Shown here piece by piece: positions 47,980 to 61,400 of a stretch of 64,000 bases of DNA; position 1 is the first letter of the stretch; each line of letters opens with the position of its first letter. Both the position numbers and the translations under genes were made by a program. The notes below the pieces were generated by a model. The model was not told the DNA's origin and ran no database searches. It worked only from the letters and a program-made list of their open reading frames with translations. Where the stretch lies: contig NC_091993.1 of the NCBI RefSeq assembly GCF_044704955.1, positions 117,490,001 through 117,554,000 on the forward strand, given 5' to 3'. The stretch is from Pristiophorus japonicus. Lineage: Eukaryota.

Positions 47980-50900
47980 AATGAGAATTCTGTGGGGAGA
48001 GGGTGAACAGCCAGAGGCCATGGTCCATATCGGTACCAATGACAGAGGTAGAAAGAAGGATGAAGTCATGCAGGCAGATTTCAGAGAGCAAGCAGAGAGG
48101 TTAAAAAGCAGGACCCCAAAGATAGTAATCGGCGGATTACTCCCGGTGCCACGTGCTAGTGAGTAAAGAAATCGGAGGATAGAGCAGATGATTGCGTGGC
48201 TGGAGAGATGGTGCACCAGGGAGGGCTTTAGGTTCCTGATCCATTGGGACCGTTTCCGGGGGAGGTGGGACCTGTACACCTCAATAGAACCGGGACCAAT
48301 ATCCTCGCGGGGGGGAGCGGGCGGGAGCGGGCGGTGGTATATTGCTAGTGCTGTTGGGAAGGAGTTAATCTAGATTGGCGGGGGATGGGAAGCTGGGAAT
48401 AAATTCAGAAGGAAGAGAAGCAAAGCTGGAATTGGAAAGCAGAAAAGTAGAAAGTGAATTTGGAAGGCAGAGGAAACAATGGCTAGAAAATAGACAACAA
48501 GGGAGTTTGGTAGTGCTAAATGGTATATATTTCAATGCAAGGAGTCTGGGGAATAAGGCAGATGAGCTGAGAGCACAGATAGACACTTGGGAGTAGGATG
48601 TTATAGCTATTTCTGAGACATGGCTGAAAGAAGCGAAGGTATGGCAGCTCAACATTCCTAGTTACAGGGTTTTCAGATGGGATAGAGAGGGGGATAAAGA
48701 GAAGGGGGGGGATCGCAGTATTGATTAAAGAAACAATTACACCTGTGAGGAACGATGATTTGTTAGCAGGATTATCAAATGAGGCCATGTGGGTTAAATT
48801 GAACAACAAAAAAGTGGCGCTCACACTGCTGGGAGTGTACTATTGACCCACAGTCAGAGGATGATCGAAGAGCAAACATGCAAGCAGATTTCTGAGTATT
48901 GCAAAAACTATAGGGCTGCAATAGTAGGGGATTTCAACTGCCCTAATATTAACTGGGATAACATTAGTGTGAAAGTTATACAGGGTGCGGAATTCCTAAA
49001 ATGCATTCAGGGGAACTTTTTTAGCCAGTATGTAGCAAGCCCAACAAGGGAGGGGGCGGTTTTGGACTTAGTTTTAGGGAATGAAGCCTGCAGATAGAAG
49101 GTGTATCAATGGAAGAGTATTTTGGTGCTAGTGATCATAATTCAGATAGATTTAGGGTAGTTATGGAAAAGGACAAGATAGACCAGGAATAAAAGTGCTC
49201 AATTGGGGAAAAGCCAATTTTGTTATGTTGAGATGGTATTTAGCCAAAGTAGACTGGGAACAGCTATTTGAAGGTAAATCAGTGTCAGAGCAGTGGGAGA
49301 CATTCAAGGAGGAGATCCTGAATGTTCAGAGCAAGTATGTTCCCTTCAAGAAAAAAGGTGGGACTAATCTAGAGCCTCCTGGGTGTCATGGGGCATACAG
49401 GGTAGGAGAAAGGAAAAAAAGGGAGGCATGTGACAGATACCAAGGACTCAAAACTTCAGAAACTCTAGAGAAGTATAGTAAGTGCAGGGGTGAAATTAAA
49501 AAGGAAATTAGGAAAGCAAAGAGAGAGAATGAAAACATTTTGGCAAGTAAATTCAAGGAAAACCCAAATATTTTTCATAAATACATTAACAGCAAGAGGA
49601 TAACTAAAGAAAAAGTAGGGCCCATTAGAAACAAAAAGGTAATCTGTGTGTGGAGTCAGATGTGTGTAGGGTTCTTAATGAATACTTTGCATCTGTTTTC
49701 ACAAAAGAAAGAGGTGATGCAGACATTGCAATGAGGGAGAAGGAACATGAAATATTGGATGAAATAAACATAGCGAGAGAGGAAGTATTAAGGGGTTTAG
49801 CAGCTTTGAAAGTGGATAAGTCCCCAGGCCCGGATGAAATGTGTGCCAGGCTGTTGAGAAGCAAAAGAGGAAATAGCAGAGGCTTTGACCATCATTTTCC
49901 AAACCTCTCTGGCAACAGGTGTGGTGCCTGATGACTGGAGGACTGCTAATGTTGTACCTCTGTTTAAAAAAAGGAGAAAGGGATAGACTGAGTAATTACA
50001 GGCCAGTCAGCTGAACCTCCGTGGTGGCAAAATTATTGGAAAAAATGGTGTGGGACAGGATAAATCTTCATTTAGAAACACACAGATTAATCAAGGACAG
50101 GCAGCATGGATGTTTTAAGGGAAGGTCGTGTCTGACTAACTTGATTGCATTTTTTGAGGAGGTAACAAGGAGGTTCGATGAGGGTAGCACGTTTGATGTA
50201 GTGTCTATGGATTTTAGCAAGGCTTTTGATAAGTTCCCACATGGCAGACTGGTTACAAAATTAAAAGCCCATGGGACCAAGGCAAAGTGGCAAGTTGGAT
50301 CCAAAATTGGCACAGAGGCAGGAAGCAAAGGGTAATGGTTGGTGGGTGTTTTTGTGACTGGAAGGCTGTTTCCAGTGGATTTCCACAGGGCTCAGTACTA
50401 GGTCCCTTGCTTTTTGTAGTATATATCAATGATTTAGACTTGAATGTAGAGTGTATGATTAAGAAGTTTGCAGATGATACAAAAATTGGCTGTGGGGTTG
50501 ATAATGAAGAAAGCTGTAGACTGCAGGAAGATATCATTGAACTGGTGGACAGAACAGTGACAAATGGAATTCAATCCGGAGAAGTGTGAGGCATTTCGGG
50601 AGGAGTAACAAGACAAGAGAATACACATTAAATGGTGGGACACTGAGAAGTGTAGAGGAACAAAGGGACCTTGGAGTGCAGGTCCACAGGTTCCTGAAAG
50701 TAGCAAGTTCGATAGATAAGGTGCGAAGAAGCCATTCGGAATACTTGCCTTCATTAGCCGAGGCATAGAATACAAGAGTAGGGAGGTTATGCTTGAACTG
50801 TATAAAACACTAGTTAGGCCACAGCTAGAGTACTACGTGCAGTTCTGGTCACCACATTACAGGAAAGATGTGATTGCACTGGACAGGGTACAGAAGAGAT

Positions 50901-51356
50901 TTACGAGGATGTTGCCTGGACTGGAGAATTTTAGCTATGAGGAAAGATTGGATAGGCTGGGATTGTTTTCTTTGAGGATGAGAGGAGATCTTATTGAGGT
51001 GTATAAAATTATGACGGACCTACATAAAGTGGATAGGAAGGACCTATGTCCCTTAGCAGAGGGGTCACTAACCACGGGGCATAGATTTAAAGTAATTGGT
51101 AGGATGTTTAGAGGGGAAATGTTTTCACACAGGATAGTGGGGGTTTGGAACTCACTGCCTGAAAGGGTGGGAGAGGCAGAAACCCTCACCACATTTAAAA
51201 GATACTTGGGCGTATACTTCGAGCGCCGTAACCTACAGAGCCATGGACCGCAAGCTGGAAAATGGGATTAGGCTGGATAGTGGGATTAGGCTGGATAACT
51301 AGTTGTGGGCCAAAATGGCCTCCTCCTGTGCTGTAAATTTCTATGATTCTATTCTA
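47980..51356 (+). mobile_element. CR1 LINE (ORF1 end, endonuclease, RT, tail), degenerate, in intron 3
   Basis: HIGTND (ORF1), YFNARSL and VGDFN (APE endonuclease), then RT as in 1-1765. Confidence 0.92.
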
Positions 51357-51872
51357 TGAATGGGTCAAGTTAAGAAACAAAAGATGAGTCTAGATAGGGT
51401 GTAAATGGAGATGGCAGAATCATCAACAGCTGCTGTGAGAAAGAGAAAAAACATTAAAAAATTAAAAAATAGAGGCAGTTATTATAGTTTGAAATTGTTG
51501 AACTCGATGTTGAGTTCAGAAGGGTGTAAAGTGCCTAAACGAAATATGAGGTGCTATTCCTCGAGCTTGCCTTGAGATTCATTAGAACAGTGCAAGGGGC
51601 CCTTTAACTGCCACAACAGTAACTCTGTACCACCAACTCTCAGATATGGAAAAAAAACGGAAATTATCGGTAAAAATGGGTCACAGCCCAGTGTCAGCAG
51701 CCTCTCCTTGCTACCGGAGAAGGGGAAATTACACAGAAATTTAATCATCCAAATCCATTATATCAACCAGGCTTTTACATAAGTAACAAGGTTCCATTTG
51801 ACAATCGTGCTCTCTTGGTTGACTACAAATGAAAATTAGGTGAATCTAAATATTATTTTGTTGTTTCAATAG

Positions 51873-51993
51873 GACTTGAATATTCTTGTGAAGTTTTTTC
51901 AACTGTATCACCAACAACTGCACATTCGACAAGTACAAATGTTATTTCCACTGATAATCAAAAACAATCTTCAGGATCCAAATCCACTAAAAG
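51873..51993 (+). CDS. Exon 4: Ser/Thr-rich stalk (GLEYSCEVFSTVSPTTAHSTSTNVISTDNQKQSSGSKSTK)
   Basis: Acceptor ttgtttcaatag, donor AG|GTACAA, phase 1-2, open frame, mucin-like composition. Confidence 0.85.
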
Positions 51994-53531
51994 GTACAAT
52001 GTTCTCATTGTTGATGTTTTGACTGGCATTGCCTCCATCTGAGAGATTAAATATTCTTTAATAGTTTTGGCATAAGGGTTGATAATCATTTATTATTTTG
52101 GAATGTTGCTCATCAGAATGGAAATGGTGGCTGGGTTTACATCATGCTGCTGTGTTAGCTTCCTAATGAAGGTCCTGTCTTTGTTGGTAGGAAATAAGCA
52201 CCTCCATTTTGCTGCCCCTCAGATGGTGCTCTTTGCATTATTCACCATGATTACTTCACCACTAACCTACTCTCATGGTTTGTGATGAGTTGCACTTATC
52301 AAACTTACCTTGCCGATATCTGTTCTGGTGTGGGGCTGACAGTAAAGTTTCTGTTGGTGAAAGTGAGCAATAGCAGCAATATATCTGCACCGCCCTTGAT
52401 ATCACCAGTAAGCAACATCTTATAGCTTTGGTCCAATTCTCAGTGTCGCTCACTACAACTGCAGGAATTTTCTTCTCTTAAAATGTATTATTGGGAGGTG
52501 GGCAATGCTGACAAGGTTACATTTATTGCCTGTCACGAGTTACCCTGAGAAGGTGGCGCTGGGCCGCCTTCTTGATCTGCTGATCAATGCTGGTAAATAA
52601 GAAACTCCAGGATTTTGATCTAACAACAATGAAGAAACAGCAGTCTATTTCCAAGCCAGAACCGCGTGTAACTTAGAGGAGGTGGTGTTGGCATGATGTT
52701 GCTTGCCTTGATGGTACAGACCACTGGGCTCAGTGGTGATTTTAAGTTAAGCTGGGCAAGTTGTTTTTAATAGATTATCAGGATGTGGGTATTGCTGCAG
52801 TGTGTCCTGTAGATGGTGCATACTGTAGCCACCGTGCGCCAGTGGTGGAGGGGATGGATTTTGAGCTTAGCAGCAGGGGCACTGACCATATGCATTGCTT
52901 TGTCTTAAATAGTGGTGAACCTCAGTGTTATTACAGCTGCACCCATCCAAGGTGAGTACTCCATCACACTCCAGGCTTGAGCACTGCAGATGATGGAGAG
53001 GCTCGGAGTGATCAGGGGCTGAGCCACTTGTTGCAGAGTACCCAGCCTCTTCCCTGCTGTTGTAGCCACAATGTTGGCGTGGCTGGTCCAGTTAAACTTC
53101 TGGCCATTTTAATTCAGTGCTTGAAGGAGGTTTTCTCCAATTCATATTCTGTGGCAAATATTTCACCCAATGTATAGGAATGTAAATACTTTTCCCTCCT
53201 CTGCTTATCTAGTTTCCCCATAAATGCCTCTGTACTATTTGCTGCAACTACTCCCTGTGGTAGCAAGTTCCACGTTCTCACCACCTTACAGCCATATATT
53301 GTGCACATGTTAATGAAGTTTGCTTCATTTGATCTTTATCTAATGATCACAAAGTTGACTTTCCTTCATAAGGCAAACACTAGTTTACTTTCCCAGCTAA
53401 CGTCCCTTGGCTCTGCAGCTTTACATTGATGCACTATACTAAGATTACAGTGTAACCAGACGATAAATGTTTCAAACACACAGAAGACTCGTTTCCTTCG
53501 AATTATTTTATATTTCTTCCCTTTTGCTCAG

Positions 53532-53622
53532 TTACATTACATGGAACGTGGGACGCTGGCTGCTCTTTGCTCTCCTGGTGATTTGTACTATTTCAGTCAC
53601 AAGGTGTACGAGAAAATCTAAG
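53532..53622 (+). CDS. Exon 5: transmembrane exon (SYITWNVGRWLLFALLVICTISVTRCTRKSK) with intramembrane Arg
   Basis: Long pyrimidine tract ending ttttgctcag, phase 2 in, donor AAG|GTAGGG phase 0. Hydrophobic helix followed by a basic stop-transfer stretch. Confidence 0.87.
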
Positions 53623-55258
53623 GTAGGGATTAGGGACTTTATGTGAATCACTCCATCAATTTGTTCAAAAATATTGATCGCAGATACTATAAAGAAAAAC
53701 TTGCATTGATATAAACCCTTTCATATTTTCGACGTGACAAGCGCTTTATCTCTAATTGGTGTCACTGGGGTAACTTACTAACTTCATAGTGTCGGCGATA
53801 ATTCTGAGGGGCAGATCCCCCTCCCGTTCTAGAGCATGAATTGTGCGCATGGGAGCAGGAAATTACATGAGGACATAGACAGACTAAATGAGTGGGCAAA
53901 GCTATGGCAAGTGATGTTCAACATGGGGGAGTGTGAGATCATCCCCTTTGGATCAGAGGAACACAAATTGGAATATATTCTCAATGATGAGAGACTAGAA
54001 GATGTGAAGGAGTAAAGAGATTTAGATGTCCATGTACACACGTCACTGAAAGCTAGGGCACAAGTGCAAAAAGTAATCAAAAAGGCTCATGGAAAGTTGG
54101 CCTTCATTTTATGGGGATTGGAATTCAAAATTGAAGAAGTGATGTTTCTGTTGTACAGAGCCTTGGTCAGACCCCACCTGGAGTTCTGTGTTCAGTTTCG
54201 GGCACCAAACCTCAGGAAAGAAATACTGGCCTTGGAAGGAGTGTAGTGCAAATTCACCAGACTGATACTAGGGCTTAAAGTGTTCAATTATAAGGAGAGA
54301 TTACGTAAACTTGGTTGTATTCCCTAGAGTTTAGAAGGTTGAGGGCTGAAAGAATCAAAGAATTTAAAATTATTAAGGGATTCGATAGACTAGATAGGGA
54401 GAAATGACTTGCTTGGTGGGGGAATCCTCATAAGGGGGCATAATCTAAAAATTAGAGCTAAACCATTTAGGAGTAGAATTAGGAAGCACTTTTTCCCAAA
54501 AAGGGTTGTGGGAACCTGGAACTGGCTGTGGATGCAGGGCCAATTGAAATTTTCACAGCTGAGATCACTAGATATTTGTTGGGTAAGGACATCAAAGGGT
54601 ATGGATCAAAGGCGGGTAAATGGAGTTGTGCCACTGATCAGCTGTGATCCAGTTATACAGTGGAACAGGCTCAAAGGGTTGAATGGGCTGCTTCTGTTGC
54701 TTTGTTCCTATGTAACCTGCCCGTTATAGAATCCCCCGACTTTCATTCTATTGATATAAAACAGTCGTTACAAGAAACGGAAGGGAAGAAATGGGAAAGG
54801 CTACAAGAAAGCACTTTGCTGTAGGGCACCAGAGACAATGGTTTTCACACAAGAACTGAGACAGTTAAACGTGTCCAGTCGAGCACCAAGGTGCTCAGAC
54901 ACAGACCCAATGCTATTGTTGCTGGGAACCTCGATTGGACTTTCGAAAATGTGTTTAACAAAGTAGACAAGTCAATCTTTTTCTGCTGTCAACTGTCCAC
55001 CATCTAAGCTGCAGGGAAACATTTGTTGCATGTGAGTAAATGGTGTTACATGTATTCAAGAGGGGCCCAACTAGCACCTTTTCCCATCACATGTGCAATA
55101 GTGATAGGGAAGGGAGGACTGTGATCTCAACACAGCTCCAGTCCATCACGAGCTTCTCCTCCATTTGTTGTCAGTTCCAGAATTCTGTTCTGACATGTAA
55201 AACAATGCATCATTCTCAGAATCAATGAATCTGATGCCTTAAATATTTTCTTTTTCAG

Positions 55259-55306
55259 TTACTCAATGAATCGGCTCGTCACAGCTTGACCAATGTGGTA
55301 AAGTGA
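55259..55306 (+). CDS. Exon 6: terminal coding exon, short cytoplasmic tail LLNESARHSLTNVVK*
   Basis: Acceptor ttttctttttcag, phase 0 matches exon 5, TGA at 55304-55306, AATAAA at 55405. Confidence 0.65.
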   Translation, partial: LLNESARHSLTNVVK

Positions 55307-55404
55307 TGATTCCCTGGTTACATCGACCTTGATGGAATATTGTGTCCTGATTAAACGTTCATTCTTCATCCAGCTTTGAATATTTATTTTTATCAATTGT
55401 AAAT

Positions 55405-55410
55405 AATAAA
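55405..55410 (+). terminator. Putative polyadenylation signal of the receptor gene
   Basis: AATAAA about 100 nt after the predicted stop. Counterpart at 5816-5821 in the upstream copy. Confidence 0.5.
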
Positions 55411-58400
55411 ATGGATTTCGGCATTAAATCAATTTGACCATTTAATTAGTAGAGGAAAAATCAAAACCTAACTCTGGCTGCATCCTTTAAGTTGTTGTCC
55501 CTCTGTCTGCATCTTAGTAATAATGTATAAGAACATAAGAAATAGGGGCAGGAGAAGGCCATACGGCCCCTTGAGCCGGTCCGCCATTTAATAAGATCAT
55601 GGCTGATCCAATCATCGACTCAGGTCCACTTCCCTGCCCGCTCCCCATAACCGCTTATTCCCTTATTGGTTAAAAACTGTCTATCTCTGACTTAAACTTA
55701 TTCAATGACCCAGCTTCCACAGTTCTCTGAGGCAGCGAATTCCACAGATTTACAACCATCTGAGAGAAAAAATTCCTCCTCAACTCAGTTTTAAATGGAC
55801 GGCCCCTTATTCTAAGATTATGCCCCCTAGTTCTAGTTTCCCCTATCAGTAGAAACATCCTCTCTGCATCCACCTTGTCAACCCCCTCCTACTCTTATAC
55901 ATTTCAATAAGATCACCTCTCATTCTTCTGAATGCCAATGAGTTAAGGCCCAACCTACTCAACCTTTCCTCATAAGTCAATCTCCTCAACTCTGGAATCA
56001 ATCTAGTGAATCTTCTCTGAACTGCCTCCAAAACAAGTATATCCTTTCTTAAATATGGAAACCAAAACTGCATGCAATATTCCAGGTGTGGCCTCACCTG
56101 TAGCCTGTATAACTGTAGCAAGACTTCCTTGCTTTTATACATCATCCTCTTTGCAATAAAGGCCAATATTCCATTGGCCTTTCTGATCACTTGCTGTACC
56201 TACTTACTAACCTTTTGAGTTTCATGCACAAGTACCCCCAAGTCCTGCTGTACTGCAGAACTTTGCAATTTTTCTCCATTTAAATTATAATTTGCTTTTC
56301 TATTATTTCTGCCAAAGTGGATACCTCACATTTTCCCATATTATACTCCATCTACCAACTTTTTGCCCACTCACTTGCTGATTTTTTGTGTCCTCACACA
56401 TTGCTTTTCCTCCTATCTGTGTATTGTCAACAAACTTGGCTACGTTACGCTCGGTCCCTTATTCCAAGTCATTAATATAGATTGTAAATAGTTGAGGTCC
56501 CAGCACTAATCCCTGCGGCACCCCACTAGTTACTGATTGCCAATCTGAGAATGAACCATTTATCCCGACTCTCTGTTTTCTGTGAGTTAGCCAATCCTCT
56601 ATCCATGCTAATATATTACCCCAATCCCGTGGACTTTTATCTTGTACAATAACCTTTTATGTGGCATCTTGTCAAATGCCTTCTGGAAATCCAAATACAC
56701 CACATCCACTGGTTCCCCTTTATCCACCCTGTTCATTACATCCTCAAAGAATTCCAGCAAATTTGTCATACATGACTTCCCTTTCATAAATCCACGCTGA
56801 CTCTGCCTGACTGAATTATGTTTTTCTTAATGTCCTGCTACTGCTTCTTTAATAATGGAATCCAACATTTTCCCAACCACAGATGTTAGGCTAACTAACA
56901 TAGTGCAAGGATCAAGGATGTCTCGGAGCGGGTGCTGGACATTCTGAAAAGGGAGGGTGAACAGCCAGTTGTCGTGGTGCACATAGTTACCAACGATATA
57001 GGTAAAAAGGGGATGAGGTCCTACGAGACGAATTTAAGGAGCTAGGAGCTAAATTTAAAAAGTAGGACCTCAAAAGTAGTAATCTCGGGATTGCTACCAG
57101 TGCCACGTGCTAGTCAGAGTAGGAATCGCAGGATAGCTCAGATGAATACGTAGCTTGAGCAGTGGTGCAACAGGGAGGGATTCAAATTCCTGGGGTATTG
57201 GAACCGGTTCTGGGGGAGGTGGGACCAGTACAAACCGGACGGTCTGCACCTAGGCAGGACCGGAACCAATGTCCTAGGGCTGGTGCTGTTGGGAAAGAGT
57301 TAAACTAATATGGCAGGGGGATGGGAACCAATGCAGGGAGACAGAGGGAAAAAATATGGAGACAGAAGCAAAAGACAGAAAGGAGATGAGTAAAAGTGGA
57401 GGGCAGAGAAACCCAAGGCAAAAAACAAAAATGGCCACTGTACAGCAAAATTCTCAAGGGTCAAAGTGTAATAAAAAGGCAAGCCTGAAAGCTCGGTGCC
57501 TCAATACGAGGAGCATTTGGAACCCAGGAGAGGGCTCTGAGCTAGTTAGAGTAGGTGAGAGCTCAGATGAACAGGACCCCAAGAAAGAATGCAAAAGGCG
57601 GGAGGCAACAGAGCAGAGTAGCACTGGGGTAAGTAAACCACAAGGTGATAGGAAGGGACAATATGTATGAATATAAAGGGGCTGCAGGAGGGGTCAAAAC
57701 TAAACATCATGGTTTAAAAACTCGTATTAAAACACTCTACCTAAACACATGCAGCATTCGAAATAAAGTAAAGGAGTTGACGGCACAAATCATTACAAAT
57801 GGGTATGATTTGGTGGCCATTACAGAAACGTGGTTACAGGGTGGCCAAGACTGGGAATTAAATATACAGTGGTATCTGACAATTTAGAAAGATAGACAAG
57901 AAGGGAAAGGAGGTGGGGTAGCTCTGTTAATAAAGGATGATATCAGGGCAGTTGTGAGAGACGATATTGGCTCTAATGAACAAAATGTTGAATCATTGTG
58001 GGTGGAGATTAGAGATAGTAAGGGGAAAAAGTCACTGGTGGGCGTAGTTTATAGGCCCCCAAATAATAATTTCACAGTGGGGCGGACAATAATCAAGGGA
58101 ATAATGGAGGCATGTGAAAAAGGAATGGCAGTAATCATGGGGGATTTTAACGTACAAATCGATTGGTCAAATCAAATTGCACGGGGTAGCCTTGAGGAGG
58201 AATTCATAGAATGCATTCGGGATTGTTTCTTAGAACAGTATGTTACAGAACCTATAAGGGAGCAAGCTATCTCAGATCTGGTCCTGTGTAATGAGACAGG
58301 AATAATAAACGATCTCCTAGCAAAAGATCCTCTCAGAATGAGTGATCACAGTATGGTTGAATTTGTAATACAGATTGAGGGTGAGGAAGTAGTGTCTCAA

Positions 58401-61400
58401 ACGAGCGTACCATGCTTAAACAAAAGGGGACTACAGTGGGATGAGGGCAGAGTTGGCTAAAGTAGACTGGGAACATAGACTAAACGGTGGTGCAATTGAG
58501 GAACAGTGGAGGACTTTTAAGGAGCTCTTTCATAGTGCTCAACAAAAATATATTCCAGTGAAAAAGAAAGGTGGTAAGAGAAGGGATAACCAGTCGTGGA
58601 TAACCAAGGAAATAAAGGAGAGTATCAAATTAAAAACCAATGCGTATAAGGTGGCCAAGGTTAGTGGGAAACTAGAAGATTGGGAAAATTTTAAACGACA
58701 GCAAAGAATGATTAAGAAAGCAATAAAGAAAGGAAAGATATATTACGAAAGTAAACTTGCGCAAAACATAAAAACAGATATTAAAAGCTTTTACCGATAT
58801 ATAAAACGGAAAAGAATGATTAAAGTAAATGTTGGTCCCTCAGAAGATGAGAAGGGGGATTTAATAATGGGAAATGTGGAAATGGCTGAGCCCTTAAACA
58901 ATTATTTTGCTTCGGTCTTCACAGTGGAAGACACAAAAACCATGCCAAAAATTGCTGGTCATCGAAATGTGGGAAGGGAGGACCTTGAGATAATCACTAT
59001 CACTAGGGGGGTAGTGCTGGACAGGCTAATGGGACTGAAGGTAGACAAGTCCCCTGGTCCTGATGAAATGCATCCCAGGGTATTAAAAGAGATGGCGGAA
59101 ATTATAGCAGATGCATTCGTTATAATCTACCAAAATTCTCTGGACTCTGTAGAGGTACCAGCGTATTGGAAAGCAGCTAATGTAACGCCTCTGTTTAAAA
59201 AAGGAGACAGACAAAAGGCAGGTAACTATAGACCGGTTAGTTTAACATCTGTAGTGGGGAAAATGCTTGAAGCAATCATTAAGGAAGAAATAGCGGGACA
59301 TCTAGATAGGAATAGTGCAATCAAGCAGACGCAACATGGATTCATGAAGGGGAAATCATGTTTAACTAATTTACTGGAATTCTTTGAGGATATAATGAGC
59401 ATGGTGGATAGAGGTGTACCGATGGATGTGGTGTATTTAGATTTCCAAAAGGCATTCAATAAGGTGCCACACAAAAGGTTACTGCAGAAGATAAATGTAC
59501 GTGGAGTCAGAGGAAATGTATTAGCATGGATCGAGAATTGGCTGGCAAATAGAAAGCAGAGAGTCGGGATAAATGGGTCCTTTTCGTGTTGGACATCGGT
59601 GGTTAGTGGTATGCCACAGGGCTAGGTGCTGGGACCACAACTGTTTACAATATACATAGATGACCTGGAAGAGGGGACAGAGTGCAGTGTAACAAAATTT
59701 GCAGATGACACAAAGATTAGTGGGAAAGCAGGTTGTGTAGAGAGGCTGCAAAGAGAATTAGATAGGTTAAGCGAATGGGCTAAGGTTTGGCAGATGGAAT
59801 ACAATGTCGGAAAATGTGAGGTCATCCACCATGGAAAAAAATAACAGTAAAATGGAATATTATTTGAATGGGGAGAAATTACAACATATTGCGGTGCAGA
59901 GGGACCTGGGGGTCCTTGTGCATGAATCCCAAAAAGTTAGTTTGCAGGTGCAGCAGGTAATCAGGAAGGCGAATGGAATGTTGGTCTTCATTGCGAGAGG
60001 GATGGAGTACAAAAGCAGAGAGGTCCTGCTGCAACTGTACAGAGTATTGGTGAGGCCACACCTGGAGTACTGCGTGCAGTTTTGGTCACCTTACTTAAGG
60101 AAGGATATACTAGCTTTGGAGGGGGTACAGAGACGATTCACTAGGCTGATTCCGGAGATGAGGGGCTATGATAGATTACTCGTTGGAGTTCAGAAGGATG
60201 AGGGGCGATCTTATAGAAACATTTAAAATCATGAAAGGGATAGACAAGATCGAGGCAGAGAGGTTGTTTCCACTGGTCGAGGAGACTCGAACTATGGGGC
60301 ACAGCCTCAAAATACGGGGGAGCCAATTTAAAACCGAGTTGAGAAGGAATTTCTTCTCCCAGAGGGTTGTGAATCTGTGGAATTCTCTACCCAAGGAAGC
60401 AGTTGAGGCGAGCTCATTGAATTTACTCAAATCACAGATAGATAGATTTTTAACCAATAAGGGAATTAAGCGTTATGGGGAGCGGGCGGGTAATTGGAGC
60501 TGAGTTCACGGCCAGATCAACCATGATCTTGTTGAATGGCGGAGCAGGCTCGAGGGGCTAGGTGGCCTACTCCTGTTCCTAATTCTTATTATGTTCTAGT
60601 CTATAGCTTCCTGTTTTTTGTCTGCCTCCTTTTTAACTAGTGGTGTTACATTTGCAATCTGCTGGGACCTCCCCAGAATACAGGACATTTTGGTAAATTA
60701 CAATGAATGCATCAACTATTCCTGCCGCTACTTCTCTTAAGACCCTAGGTTGCAAACTATCAGGTCCAGGGGATTTATCTGCCTTTAATCCCATCATCTT
60801 ACTGAATATGACCTCCTTAATGATTGTGATTGTGTTAAGTTCCTCCCGCCGCCCTTGACTGTCCACTGTTGGGATATTGTTAGTGACCTCTACCGTAAAG
60901 ACTGATACAAAATATTTGTTCAGAGTTTCTGCCATCTCCATGTTCCCCATTACTAATTCCCCGGTCTCGTCCTCTGAGGGATCACCATTTACTTTAGCCA
61001 CTCTTTTCCTTCTTATATGCGTATAGAAACTCTTGCTATCTGTTTTTATATTTCGTGCTGGTTTTCTTTCATAGTCTATCTTCTCTTTCTTAATCAATAT
61101 GGAGGTTAAAATCGCCCATAATTATTGCTGTTCCCTTTTTAGAAGCCCCCACTATTTCCTGGTTTATACTCCGACCAACAGATTTGCTACTGTTAGGGGG
61201 CTTATAGACTACGCCCACCAGTGAATTTTTCCCCTATTATTCCTCATCTCCACCCAAAATGTTTCAACATCCTGATCATTTGAGCCAATATCATTTCTCA
61301 CTATTGCAGTGATTCCACCCTTAAACAACAGAGCTACCCCACCTCCTTTTCCTTTCTGTCTGACCTTCTGGATTGTGAAATACCTCTGAATATTTAGATC

